Source: the human T2T-CHM13v2.0 reference genome, Homo sapiens. From it: 64,000 bases of DNA. Location of the stretch: the NCBI RefSeq assembly GCF_009914755.1, contig NC_060926.1; one strand, given 5' to 3'. The translations under genes and the position numbers were made by a program. The notes beneath the pieces were generated by a model. It was not told the DNA's origin and made no database searches. It saw only the letters and a list, made by a program, of their open reading frames with translations. Below are positions 28,242 to 41,054 of this stretch, piece after piece. Numbering within the stretch: position 1 is the stretch's first letter; every line of letters starts with the position of its first letter.

Positions 28242-30979
28242 TAAATTTAGATGAATTAGAACAGAGATGGGACTAAGTCAAAAGTTCTGCATCCTACTCC
28301 AAGCTCTTCTGCAAAATGCTATTTGTAAGTCATTGGCTCTAAAATCCAAGTGAAATTAAAAATATGATTATCCATGTCATTGGAGAATAGCCTTGTAGAG
28401 AATCCAAAACAACAGATAACACACATATAATTTCTAGGTGATTTTGGAATGAACTAAAATGAGCCTATTCCAGTGGTATTATTTTCCTGATGATTATAAT
28501 CATGATGATAATCATGAGTATAATGAAGATGATAATGGTTTTCTTAGGATAACATTACAATTAGCTATGTTTCCTGAGTACGTATCAATTCATGGCTAAG
28601 ATGAACAGCTCGGAAGTATGTTAAGCTGCAGAAAACAACCAGCTTCAATATTAGAATATAGCACTGACAATCTACTTAGACACATAAGCATTAATAGTTG
28701 CCTATCACTGTTGATGGAATGTTAGGCTTACTCTTAATTTTTCTACATATAGAAGACAATGTGGACACTTTATTAAAACCATCTTACAGATAAGTTTCCC
28801 TGGTCTGCCTGTTGGTTGTTTCTCATGCTTCTATAGCTATATTTCATTAAAAATCAAAAATCAATAACAAAGGCCTATGTGCCAGCTGTAGGGAATGAGT
28901 GAGTGGCTAGGGGTGTGAGGATAGCTCAGAGATTATTTCAAACAACAGGAAACCTTCAACTTCCCTGGTGCTCTTTAAATAATAGAAAAGTAAATAGGAA
29001 AAAATCCAGTGGTGCAAGATTTGTAGAATAATTTTGACATTACACGAACAGCCAATCTGCAGAAGTGAATTTGGATGTGTACTGCCTGACAAAGCACTGA
29101 TCGCTTGTTCGTTTAAAGTCTATAGACTAATAACATGGTCTTTCTGGAATACTGACTTTCTAGAGGACAAATGGAGCTTGATTTTAGTCTCCATTTTATG
29201 AATACTTAAAAACTATTTTTTTTTTTAGCTAAACAGACATTTATTTTCATTAGTAAATGAAATTTTTAAAGACATACTTTTGGGAGGGAGTTTTCTAATC
29301 TATGACACACACAGCTTTCAACCTCAGAAGATGTGAAAGAAAGATTAAGGCAGAGGTTTTTTTTGTTTTTTGTTTTTTTGAAAATCATGTGAAATATATT
29401 TTACAGGAACATTATGTAACGCTATCAAACATTGATAATGCATCAATAACTCTGCAGAAATGCAGGATAATTAGTACATTCACTCTGTGTTTTATTAAGT
29501 TAAACATTAACAACGTCACCATAAAAAGCATTTGCTAGCATAAATGCTGATCTACCATAGGAAAAAATATTCACTTTTCTTTGTTATTGGCCAAACCACT
29601 TTAAATTATATGTTAAAAAATGCCTTTCAAAGTTAACTTTGTGAAAAAACATTTGCAGGTTTCCCATTGCAGAAGGACATAGCAATCCAATAAGGACTGA
29701 GATATATACTAAAATGGTCATTTCTTGGGGGCTACTGAGCTACAGATCCCAGAGGAGCTCAGGCTTAAAGTCATGAAATGGCTTCCGTGAAACCAGGCCT
29801 CAATTTTATCCTGATTAAATTTACTATATCTGAGAACACAGGTGGACTGAGTGGGAGGCCACCCAGAAATGGAAACTCAGACCAAGGATGGTCAGGTCAA
29901 GAATGTTAGAGCAAGTTATGACAGTTGGGGAGGAGGTCCTAGCCAAGGACACTTATTTATCCTAATTTGAGGGCAGTGGAATCCCTATTGTGTTGACATT
30001 TGCATCAGGCTGTTTTAGCTCGATGCCTTGATGCCCTAAACATCTAAAGAATATATGCTCTAGTTAGGCTTACCAAGTAACCTCAGTATAACTGGGCTTC
30101 TCAGGCAATTCAACTCTAGGAAGAGAAAACACTGGTCAGAGGATGTAAATTGTCTGTGAACATTAACATTTCTGAGTGAAAATTTAGATATCTGAGTCCA
30201 CAAGTCTGAGAGCCATACCTGCCCTGATCATGAATTTAGTCACTATCCAAAGTATAATTCTGGCATATCCTGTCCAGTTATCCATCTTGCACCAAATCAT
30301 CAGACCCACAATGTGCTGCCCTTGTTGGTTCTTGGCCCTCGATTAAGCCCATTTCTCTGCCCCCCAACTTCCAAAAACTTCCCAAAGCTCACCCAAAACT
30401 ATGCTCCAGAACTGGCAAATTCCCTTCTAGCCTCAGATGCTTCAATGAAATTCTCACCTTTCTTCTTGCATACTGAAACACTAGATTTTTCTGAGAATAC
30501 CAAACCCCTTCCACCCTCTCACAAAGTGGCTGTATATTCTACCCTCCTCCCCTGCACTTCAGGACTCAGAGGTGGAGTACTGTCCTCCTTAATCCTCATT
30601 ACTATTCCTAGATTACTAGGCCACCACTTCCCTCAAGCCTTAGCACTGATTACTACATTCTTGTTATGCCTGGAGTTTGGTCCACAAGTTTGGTTCCTTT
30701 TGATTACATCCAAGTTCAAAAGTAAAAGTGTGTTTTCTGAATGAACAACTGGAGGAAACAAACTACAACCATGAAACAAATAGCTGTTTAGAAATGTAAT
30801 TTCTTTGAGACATTTTGTTGTATAGATATTTTAAGACTTTTTTAGTTGATAATGTTTATATATAGTTTCAAATCATTAAGATGTGAGAACTGCATTTTTA
30901 AAGCTCTTGATAATGTTGGCTTATATATTTGGGGCATGTCAGACTCTTTAACAAAAGCAGCAAATCAAAGTGCTCAGAA

Positions 30980-30981
<2 letters not shown>

Positions 30982-31015
<34 letters not shown>
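30982..31015 (+). repeat. (GT)17 microsatellite
   Basis: Directly visible. Confidence 0.97.
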
Positions 31016-31016
<1 letters not shown>

Positions 31017-31342
31017 GTTTTTGTTCGAAATGGCTTAAATTCTATTTACTAGGTTTATGGAAAACATTGTGCCTTGAAATTATACAGAGCATTGGGATAT
31101 ATCCTACTCTTCTTTAAGCTTCATACATTCTACCTGCACTTACATTACTCTTCCTAGGAATTGAAATAACATATACTTGAGGTAAAAAGATAAATTAAGG
31201 TGGAGAATTATGGCATTCCACTAGCAATTGTCTAGATGTTTGAACTCACATAGCTTTTTTCTCTTCGTCTTCCATGCTAAATAGACCTGTCTTTTCTTTA
31301 CTATGAGTTCATTAAAAACATTTGTTTTGATCTCTTTGCGGG

Positions 31343-31369
31343 GTGTGTGTGTGTGTGTGTGTGTGTGTG
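31343..31369 (+). repeat. (GT)13 microsatellite
   Basis: Directly visible. Confidence 0.97.
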
Positions 31370-31999
31370 AATTATTGACATGTGAACATTAACATTTCTG
31401 AGTGAAAAATAATGTTTTATGTAAACAGAAATACATTTCCATATACTACATTCCTTTTTTTAAATAATGAATATTTAGGTCCTCTAAACATATGGACTAG
31501 AGTATAAGTGATTGACTTTGAAGGTTACATTGAGGAAAGCATATGATATCATCATTCTGCAGTTGTGTCATAAGCTATGTCTTCCTACTGAATTTCTATT
31601 TGAATTTCATGTTGTAATAATCTCATGATCATATTATATTTTATGTGATCTAAATATACCATACATAAATTATGTTGACTAGAGGAAAACCAGAAAATTT
31701 GCTTTGTGAATATTTAGACGTGTTAATGTGCTGAAAACTTATAAATAAGTATTCAATAAATATTTCTTTATAGATGAATTAAAAAGTCAGCCAAGGTCTC
31801 TTGCAACAAGCTGTTAGATGACTTGGGTAGGAAAAATAATCCAGAAACTTCTTGTAATTGTACGAGTCCATAAAGGATAATATATGTATAACAACTCTGA
31901 ACACATATCATACAGATAGACTATATTCCATAAAATGTGCTCTATTTCCCATAAAAATCAATTCTCTTCAATTTTCAGACCAAAAGGAAAGTAACAATA

Positions 32000-32200
32000 G
32001 CTAGCTTGCTAATTTGCTTGTTAATGCCTTACATGATGTCTTTTAATTTAAACTTCAATCCTTTGGAAGTAGACTTATTATCTCCATTAAACAGATCAAG
32101 AAACTGAGGCTTCAACTAATCAAGAAACCGAGCCTTCAACTAATTTAACAAGGTTAAATTACCACGATAGCATGGCCAATGTTTAAACTCAGTTCCCTCT
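32000..32200 (-). mobile_element. MIR with internal 24-bp tandem duplication
   Basis: TTATTATCTCCATTAAACAGATCAAGAAACTGAGGCT core; duplication at 32095-32142. Confidence 0.65.
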
Positions 32201-33569
32201 AATCTTGTGGTTACAACCGCTAAACCAGCTGCTGCACACTTATGGCAGAGAAGAGTAGATAAGTAACACTGCAAGGTGAACGATTTGTATCAGAAAGGAG
32301 CATTTCAAATAGGAAAAAGTGCACATAAATGATGCAGGATGCGTTTATGAACTGGTGCATAAATACAAAGTTTTCCAGAGTGTCTACCAGGGCCCAAGGC
32401 AACTCTTCAGTGGAAAATCTTCATCTGTATTGGAAATACCATTTCTATGTTTATCTATAACCATGAACATAACATAATATTACAGATGACTGGCTACATG
32501 ATTTTATGGGGAAAACAATGAAAGCACAGAAGTTCAAGAGAGCAGGAAAAATTGTGAGTTAGAGTTCATAGAAAGCTTTATGAATTTTGCAGCACTCTAA
32601 TGTAAATCCCAGAGGGGAAAATACTTGCAATGAGACACTTTCCCTCAGAAATCTTGAAAAAATCTTGACATCTTAATTCATTTCCTAGGCTTAAATATTC
32701 TAGGCTAGTCTGGTGGCACTGTAATAGCCTGGGCAAACATTTTTATTTATTTCACTGTTGATACCAATATTTGTGCTACAAGCTGCTGCCTGCATTTGCT
32801 GCTATTTATTTATTTCCTACAGATCAAATTATTGGCCCAGACAAAACGTGGTTTCTGGTGAAGTGCTCCTTGTGTTCACGAGCAAATGGAAAAAGCTTCC
32901 ATTTTAAATGTAGGTTTTTGCCACATGACTGAATTAATTCATTTTATAAATATGATATGAAATCATTTGATATCCATGCCTAAATATGTACAGTTGAGGC
33001 ATAATCAAGGCAAATATTAGGTAAATCAAGCAAGCACCCTATTTACACAGGTAGGCAGTCAAAATGTCAAAATACTGTGTCCGGTTCCGGCTCAGCCACT
33101 TAGCTTCTTTGAGACTCAATTTTATTTCCTCTAGTATTTGTACCCTTAGTGCTTTATTGGGTTGACATAGAAGAAATGAAGCAATGTGAGTGAATCTTAG
33201 TAAAGCTATGACATATCACAATATGGCTAAAAATTTTTACTTTCTGTTTATTTTTATTTTTTTATTAATGCAGGATTACTCAGTAGCAAACACTTTCCTC
33301 TTGCTTTCTCTTCTCTATGTGGAAAAATAGGAAACAGAAGAAGGAAAAATTTAAAAGCAAACATTATATCACTTATAGGATGCTTAGAATATATAGATTT
33401 GAGTAACTCTTTTGAGCATCTCACAAAACGTAACATCATGATGAAATATTTTTGGGTCTGGAACTGCCAAATGGTTAACGCTTAGGGTGCAGAGTCAGTC
33501 CCAAAGCTGGGACTTGTTAGATAGTGACACTTCTTCCCTGGTCCTCACACTTGCTGGATTCTGGAATTA

Positions 33570-33750
33570 GCAATGATGGTTTTAACCTTAGTTCTATCAC
33601 ATTCTCTTTTTATTTAATCTCCCTGAACCTCATATCTCACCTGTCAAAAGCATATAGTATCTCTTTCACATGTTTGTTGTGAAGACTGAAGGAGACAGTA
33701 TATATGAAAAGGCTTTGTAAATTGCAATGGCTTCTACAGAGAACAAGTTA
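33570..33750 (+). mobile_element. MIR
   Basis: TTATTTAATCTCCCTGAACCTCATATCTCACCTGTCAAAA...GTTGTGAAGACTGAA...GCTTTGTAAATTG. Confidence 0.6.
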
Positions 33751-36700
33751 TTAGGACATCTCACTTAAACTATCTAGATACCCTTTCCAGATGTCAGCTT
33801 CCTTTAATGTGGAAAAACGGGATGTTACTAATAGGATGGACAGAATGTCGTTTAACTATTTCTGATTTCTTTCTTCCACATTTCAGACCTGAGATTAATG
33901 TATAAATTATTGTTTGAAGATGAGGAATGGAAATTTTCCTAAAAATAAATATTACAAGAAATAATGAATTGCCACAGTATAATGTTCAACAAGTAAACAC
34001 AGGAACTCGACGCAGGCCTGTAGCTAGACTCAGAGATAGGGAGGCCCTGTCTCCCCTCCGAGGACATGAAATCCAGGACTTACATTTTTCACGAACAGCC
34101 AGGGGAAATATCTTCTCCCCACATACATACTATAATCCAGCATAGTCTTTATCTTAACTTTACTCCTGTTCCTGTTCAACCTATGTATCCATGAGGAAAA
34201 TAAGCTCAACATGCTCCTCCTCATAGCTATTTCCTCTGTATTTTTTCCAATTTGGAAAATTGGAAATACCCATAAATGAAAGTCATTACTTTAGTCTGTC
34301 ATAGAAACACTGTCCTTGAGTTATACATATTTTAATTCTATGCTCTAGGATGTTGTCAAAAATTGATTTTAAAAATTCCCAGCCATACGGAGAGCCTCTT
34401 GGCGTATTTTGTAAAAATCATTATTGAAGATTTTATTCATTTTATGTTTTTCACTGATGCCTTGTAGAAAGATCTATGCTAAATAGTTCCTTTATAATTT
34501 AGCATAGAGAAACTTTGTCTTTTGTCTCTGAACTTATTTTTTATTTTTTATCAGACAATAAAAATCTAAGTTTCATTTAGCAGATACCTATGTTGACTTG
34601 TTCACCTTTGTAAAACCCCAGGACAGGGGCTTGCATATTGCGGTGACTGCAAATATTTGTTGAATGAATTGATTCAACCATAATTTCTTCTTTTGTATTG
34701 GTTGCAAAGAAACTTAGGGCTAAATACAGTAACTGTAATAGTCTGTGTTGCTGGTATATGTATTTTCTTTAACAATTCTGATTTTATGTTTTCAATTTCT
34801 ATTTAAACAATTTCAATTTAAAAAATATGGAAGAAAAATACAAATGTATTTTAATTATAAAACACTCCAAACTCTGAAAACTGGTGTAGGATGTCATAAA
34901 ATAAAAAACATTTTATTTTCTAGATAATTAAAACCAATATCATCTGACTTCATTTTATAAAATATCTAACAACTTATAAAATTAAGTACATTTTTACTGG
35001 AAAAAATATAGCCTTTTTTTTTTTGAAGCATGACCAAACTTTTAGACAGAAAAACAACACAATCAGAAAATATACATATATATACTGGATAAAGAAAAAC
35101 AAATAGTTGAACTTCATTTTTCTTTTCCATTAGAAGACATGAGGGACACACACACACACATATATACACATATATATGAAAGAAAATGTTGCAAATTTCA
35201 AGAGGTGTAAAACATTTGCTATTTAAAAACTTCCCAAAGGACAGTTTAATTTTAGCAATTTAAGACAATGAAAAGCCTGGAAAGCCCTAGCTTTGTGTGT
35301 TTGTAAAATTTGTGTTCCCGAATCTTTCTGTGGGTGTAGAGACAGACCTAACTCTAAGCCCAAGTCTTATATTGATGAAGGGAGAATAACATTAAATGGC
35401 CTGGTTAGCTCATCTGACAAGTATCCTGTCACTGGGCTTTGAAATGAAGAGATCCAAAGCCCTTTATTCAAAGCTCTGTAATGCCTTGGGTCTCATTAAA
35501 GGAGAGAGGGCAGAATAGAGATCCAAATCAAATGCAACCAGAAAGTAATACTGGCAGGGATGATTGAGCAAATTCTTTGGTTTCCTAGTGTTGACTACAT
35601 TTATGTGCCTTTGAGGATCATGGAATTCACATCTCTGAGCAAGTATGCCACACTCTAGTATACTGCACATATTAGTTTTGTTGAAGGCATTGCTCCCTTC
35701 GTTTGCATTTATTGCACGTTTTGGTAATTCACCTCCTGCTGATCCTTGCTGGGATCTCTTTTAACTGATATTAAAAATGAGATACAATTAATTTATTTTA
35801 AGATTTAGACTTTCTTTCAAGAAGATCTCCATTTTTATAATCAGAAACATGTGTTCCTGTATTAATAGCTCTTAAAGTAGGCTCAAAGAAAAAACTGAGA
35901 GGGATAAATAAGGGTTTTTAATCTATAGTGTTAACTAGATATAAGGCAAAAATGATAGTATGTTAGATCCTTACTTCCCTCAGGTGGGAGAGTCCGTGAA
36001 TGTGTGTCTAACAAGGGAAGTGGCTGTGACATTAAATGAGCTGTGAGCACACAGCAAAGTTTGAGGGATACGAGTCACACAGTTCCTGTTTTCCCTCCTT
36101 GGACAGATTTTAGCATATGAAATAGTAATTAAGAGGACAATGACACATAGACTCTCTATTTGGTTCCTTTTAATTTTTTCCACAGTTTGTGTTCCCAAAT
36201 TCAGGAAACTGTAAATACTATTGGAAGCTTGGAAATGTTGAGGAACATGACTATTACTTAAATGATTTCTAAAGAGGGTGTATATTGTATTCTAATGAAA
36301 CCATTAATGAAGACAAATATATCTAAAATTTCTTGAGAATCTTGACGTATGCAATCTATGTTTAACTAGGAATTACAAGCTTCAATTGACATTATCTTTG
36401 TTCCTGTCTTATACTTGGATTTCAACAAACATGTATTTTTAAAATTTACTTTTATCTTAAAAGTTTTTCTTTAGAGTTTGCAGGATAAATCTGACACCAA
36501 ACTAGAAGATCCTGGACTACAATGAGTGACAGAAGAGTTTTCATTTGCATGTATTAAAAATGTATTTTTTTCTTCCTATGCCTAATAAAGCAGTAAGATA
36601 GGAAAAAAAAATGCCAATTAAGAACAGTGACACTCAACATTAGAGATAATCTGTTTAAAAAACCAAACCCATATATAAATACTTTTTGGAATAAAAATTC

Positions 36701-37239
36701 AATTATCAAATCTCTTTGAAATGGGCAAAATGTTAACATGCAATATGAATGACTTTGAGAGATCAGTAGAATCTCTCATGATATTTATTGGAATAACTTT
36801 ATAAATGCATATATATTTGTATATTGACACTGATCAACTTGAAGAGTTCTTTGTTTCAGGAACAAAATTCTCAGGGAGAGGCTTGATTTTTCAATGAGTA
36901 CAAAGACGGATGGTTCACTAAAGAAGATATGCATAAATTCTACATTTTTGAAGATTTTTCCAAATGAATTAGTTTGCAAAATAGGAGTAAAGGTATTTTA
37001 ATTGCAGTTAGTAGCAGTGGCTTATAATACCATCAAAATATAATAATTGTTTATAAAATATATACAATTTAAATTTGTTTTCATTTAAAATTTAAAATAT
37101 ATACAATTAGCCTCAGACTTTTATTTTTCATTATTATCTTTTATTATTTTTGATAATATTTCTGTGGATCAGCATATCACAATGTACATTCTTGGAAACA
37201 ATACTGCAAAACATGCCACAAAAATGTGTTATCAAACAA

Positions 37240-37570
37240 TTTTGTTAAAAGCTGTGTACTATAAGGAACTATTCATAATTTTATTAGGTATGATTACAGT
37301 ATTGTAACTTTGTTAAAAAATTGTTGATTTTTTTTCAAGATGCATGCTAAAGTATTTGTGAATGAAATGATAAAATTTTCAGGATTTGCTTCCACATATT
37401 ATGAAAGTATGGAAAAAGGATAGGGGTGAGGACAGGGCTGGGTTAGCCACGGGTTGGTGTTACTGGGCTTGAATGATGAGTACTTGTGGGTTCAGTAAGC
37501 TATAGAACCTACATTTGTGTATTTTACCTTTATTTGAAATTCTCCACAACAAAAAGTAAAATAAATAAAT
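37240..37570 (+). mobile_element. Old L1 (L1MC/L1ME-like) 3' end
   Basis: AGATGCATGCTAAAGTATTTGTGAATGAAATGAT...GGATTTGCTTC...ATTTGAAATTCTCCACAACAAAAAG. Confidence 0.65.
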
Positions 37571-38840
37571 AAAAGATGTATGTCTCTTAAATATTTTATA
37601 ATGAACATAAGAGCTGTGAGAAGTTCTGGGTAGAAGACCCATTTGTTTGTATGAGCTCTTCCAAACTTACAGATCACTGAACTATTCTTTTCAAGGAACA
37701 TCTGTAAATTTCTCTCCTGGACGCTTTGGGAATGGCTATACATTGGTAGAACCAATGTTTTTCCATGTATAATTGTCCATGATAATTTCTGTCTTATAGC
37801 ACATAAAAAATCCATCTACATATTGAAAAACATGAAGATAAAATGTGGAAAATGTTTAAAATATAAATGTTTAAAATATCTTTTTTATTTCCAAATTCTA
37901 AGAGATTTCAGATCTCTATATTAACTAATTTTTTAAATTTCATACACATTTATCCTGATGTTAAAGAAAATGAAATTTCAGAAAGAAAGAATAGATGGTA
38001 GTATATATTTTAAAAGACAAGAAACAACTCTTTTTGATTGAATATTTACCATAAATCTAGTTATGATTGCTTAATATCTAAATGAAAAGCTCTGCCTAAA
38101 AAACTTCACATATCATTATCAACCTATATACTATTTATATATTTTATCCCAAATTTCTATAAAATTTAAGTATCTGTTAAAATTTCAGTTGTATACCCAT
38201 GAATTATTTCTCACTCTAGAAAAGTTAGATTAGCTAGAGACATTCTTCAAAGTGAAATAATTGTTAAATATGATTTATATTTATATAAAATGCTTTATAA
38301 TTTTGCATGTCTGAGAAACTACATTTTAGTTTCAAAATAAGTTAAAGAAATTTACTATTAAAAAAACCTATACATACATTTTTAACTTTGCATCTAAATA
38401 AAGACAACCTGCATTATTATTTGTAGCTGTCCTTTCTAGCTTTTTAGAGACTAGCAAACTTTTCATTGTTGACTTTTATGAAAATTTAAACAAGAACATT
38501 TGCATTTACTATAATATATTGCCAGAAATTGCATTCATTTCCATTGATGCTATTAATTTGATAAATGTTTTGTTATTTGTACTATTTGCACTGTAAAGAC
38601 AAGCTAATTATATCTTAGTGACATTTTTGACAATTGCTTTAACTCTGGCAAAAACCGTATGTCTTCTTTGCTTCAACAAAAAATTACTCTTGCCTAATGA
38701 AAGCTTGAACTAAGCAAGAGAAGGCTAGCACATGTTAGAAGTCTTGCAAGCTTCACTTTGGAATAAGTAGTAAACAACCATTTCCCAGGACTCTCTTTTA
38801 ATAGAAGAGCTCACATTTTGTAGAAGAAAATATTATGTAC

Positions 38841-38900
38841 CTGCATAATCTGTTCTTGCATAATGCCCATCTTCAGACTTAGTAGTTGTAGTTGTGTTAT
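38841..38900 (-). CDS. TMEFF2: TMEFF2 internal coding exon (probably exon 7), Thr-rich linker before the EGF-like domain
   Basis: Acceptor ttttttaacacAG, donor CAG|GTACAT, 60 nt, phase 1-1. It joins the previous exon in frame (G|AT = Asp) and encodes DNTTTTTKSEDGHYARTDYA(E), with an N-T-T glycosylation sequon. It is too short to appear in the ORF track. Confidence 0.96.
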
Positions 38901-39638
38901 CTGTGTTAAAAAATTAACAATAAAAATTGATTAACTGCTTCCTAAATATCTAATATCAAACTTATATATTTCCTCCAACAATATCTTCATTGCAATTAAG
39001 GAATTTTTACAACTGTAGTTCTAAGCAACCTGCATCATACTAAGACAGATTTACAATGTCAATTTCTGTCTGAGAGCAAATAATAAAATGAAGAGAGCTT
39101 TCTAAAGTTTGGGAGAAGAAGAAGATTCACAATTATAACTGAGAAAAATTGGGCAAAGGAGTAACAAAACCTAAGAAAATGCTTGTTTCTGAACAAGAAA
39201 GAAAATAGAACATTCTAGTACCTCTTGCTTTTAAAAATGCATTTTAAATATTTGTACTGAATCAATACATAAAAATGAAGTGATTTGCTTTTAGTTTCAA
39301 GGATGTCTAATAAATTCTTAGATTCGTTTTAAAAATGTTTTTGAGTTTCTTTTTTCCCTTTGCAAGAAAATTGTCTGCTATCTTGTGAATATTGGCTTCT
39401 GTGTTTATGGCATTGTGACAATACAGTTCCATTGTATAGAGACAGATCTGGACGGTTGCTGAGAGCCCCTCAAAATCCTATAATCGACACAAATGCTACA
39501 GTAGACTCTACTATCCATTGTAAATAAGCACTGCATTTTGGAAATGGAATAGCTGCCTAATAAGGAGTTTTCTTCACTTTTCATTTTTGCACAAAGACTA
39601 AAATCATTCTTTGAAATGAATTTTGGTATGAACATTAC

Positions 39639-39787
39639 CTTGACATCGACCCAAAGACATGACTTCAATTTTCTCCTGTTTCTGACACGATGCTTCTTTG
39701 ATTTGGCATGCATTATCATAAGATTTCCCATCAGAAGCGCAGAGGGGATTGAAGTTGGTTTGAGAACAGTCAATATTACACACACAC
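39639..39787 (-). CDS. TMEFF2: TMEFF2 internal coding exon (probably exon 6), Kazal part of follistatin-like module 2
   Basis: Minus strand reads ...ttctctcttttttTAG|G TGT GTG TGT AAT... = (W)CVCNIDCSQTNFNPLCASDGKSYDNACQIKEASCQKQEKIEVMSLGRCQ(D). It ends CAA G|GTAATG. Length 149 nt, phase 2 to phase 1. It shows the Kazal C-x7-C-x-SDG-x-SY-x-N-x-C pattern and matches the TMEFF2 protein as I recall it. Confidence 0.97.
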
Positions 39788-40321
39788 CTAAAAAAAGAGA
39801 GAAATAAAAACATGTAACATCAATAGTGTTGTTACCACATTATAAATAAAACACAAATGAAAGAATTGCTAAGTTGACAAAATGCAAGTTGGCAAAATTG
39901 AATTGTATCCTTCCAGGGAAGTTCCTTCACTTTTCTAACTGAGAAGAAAAGAAACACAGAACTAATGGAAAATAATTCAAACAACTGAGCAATGGATAAA
40001 AAATGAAAAGGAAAAACTCAAAAATGATCATCAGTTAATTTCTGCCCTGGAACTTTTAAAACATGTACATAAATTTCCATGCTGATATCTGCAGAATATG
40101 AATAGGCTGAGGTCATGAAACTCTGCTTTAGAGTTTTCTTAAATTGAATCTTACTCTTCCTTCTTTTCTTGGGATATTTGAATGGTTAAAGCTTGTGGAA
40201 AACTGACTCAGAGGACAGTTCAGAGAAAGCAAACAAGTAAATTATTTGGCATGCAATCAGGAGTCGTATTTCTTTGGCATAAATAAGGACGCACATAAAA
40301 TGTACTAAAAGGACCAATCTT

Positions 40322-40480
40322 CAATGGTCCTTAACATTTTGGGGGGGCCACAAAACCCTTTGGAAAAATGAAAGCTATAGATCTCTCCCCAGAAATATCC
40401 ATATTCATATAAACAACCCTTCTGTATAAAATTTCAGGGTTGTCTTGGGCCCCTTTAAGCATATCCTATGAAACCCCTTC
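40322..40480 (+). mobile_element. hAT-Charlie-type MITE (subfamily uncertain)
   Basis: CCTTAACATTTTGGGG...CCCTTTG...ATGAAAGCTATAGATCTCTCCCCAGAAA...AATTTCAGGG pattern. Confidence 0.55.
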
Positions 40481-41054
40481 CGAGATATACACTACTATTT
40501 TTCTACCTCTCATTTTAAATAATAAAATAATAAATACAAGTTGATTGCCACTCATGATGTTAATATTTTTCTATAATCTAAATAAAAATTCAGTGATTTA
40601 ATGAGAATTAGGTTACCTAAAGAAGAATTAAACATTTTCAAGAAAATTTTATATGATTGTTCCTATATCTTTACACTTCTCTATTTTATTATTCTGAATA
40701 TTGTGTCTTGTGTGTTTTCTGGTGTATGTGTACAACCATGTTACAGCTTTAGAATATAAACTCATATTTTAAATTTTTATTAATATTTATGTTGTTTTTG
40801 TAAATAGATTATATGTTTCTCAAAGTCATGAAGCATACATTTTTACTTCTGTATATTTTACTGAGAGCTAGGCATACAATGGCAAGCAGGTTACTACATG
40901 CTAGACTCTCAACATGTATTGCTTTATTTAATCCTCACAACAGCTGTTTTACAGACCAAAGACATTACATAAGGTTAGACACTAGTAAATTGTGGAATAA
41001 GGTCCCACTCATAGATTTGTTAAGCTAAAACCCAACCCCCTCTCTCTAATACCA

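Noticed and set aside
28489-28540. Short palindromes and hairpins (ATGATTATAATCAT here; AGTCCCA-AAGC-TGGGACT at about 33517; TTTTCCAATTTGGAAAA at about 34243)
   Set aside because: The stems are short or low-complexity and expected by chance; none resembles a miRNA or snoRNA.
37054-37880. Short AT-rich direct repeats (TAAAATATATACAATT twice; AAATGTTTAAAATAT twice)
   Set aside because: Ordinary slippage in very AT-rich sequence with low information content.
39405-39813. 126-aa ORF (39405-39785) and the intronic extensions of the 69-aa ORF (39604-39813)
   Set aside because: The 126-aa ORF is an alternative frame over the real exon, starting at GTG. The 69-aa ORF is the real exon frame plus intron read-through. 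I saw no AATAAA/ATTAAA on the minus strand in the 738-nt intron to support a terminal exon there.
40611-40632. TTCTTCTTTAG|GTAACC recursive-site-like motif on the minus strand
   Set aside because: The donor half is weak (+5 C), much poorer than the two MIR-derived sites reported.
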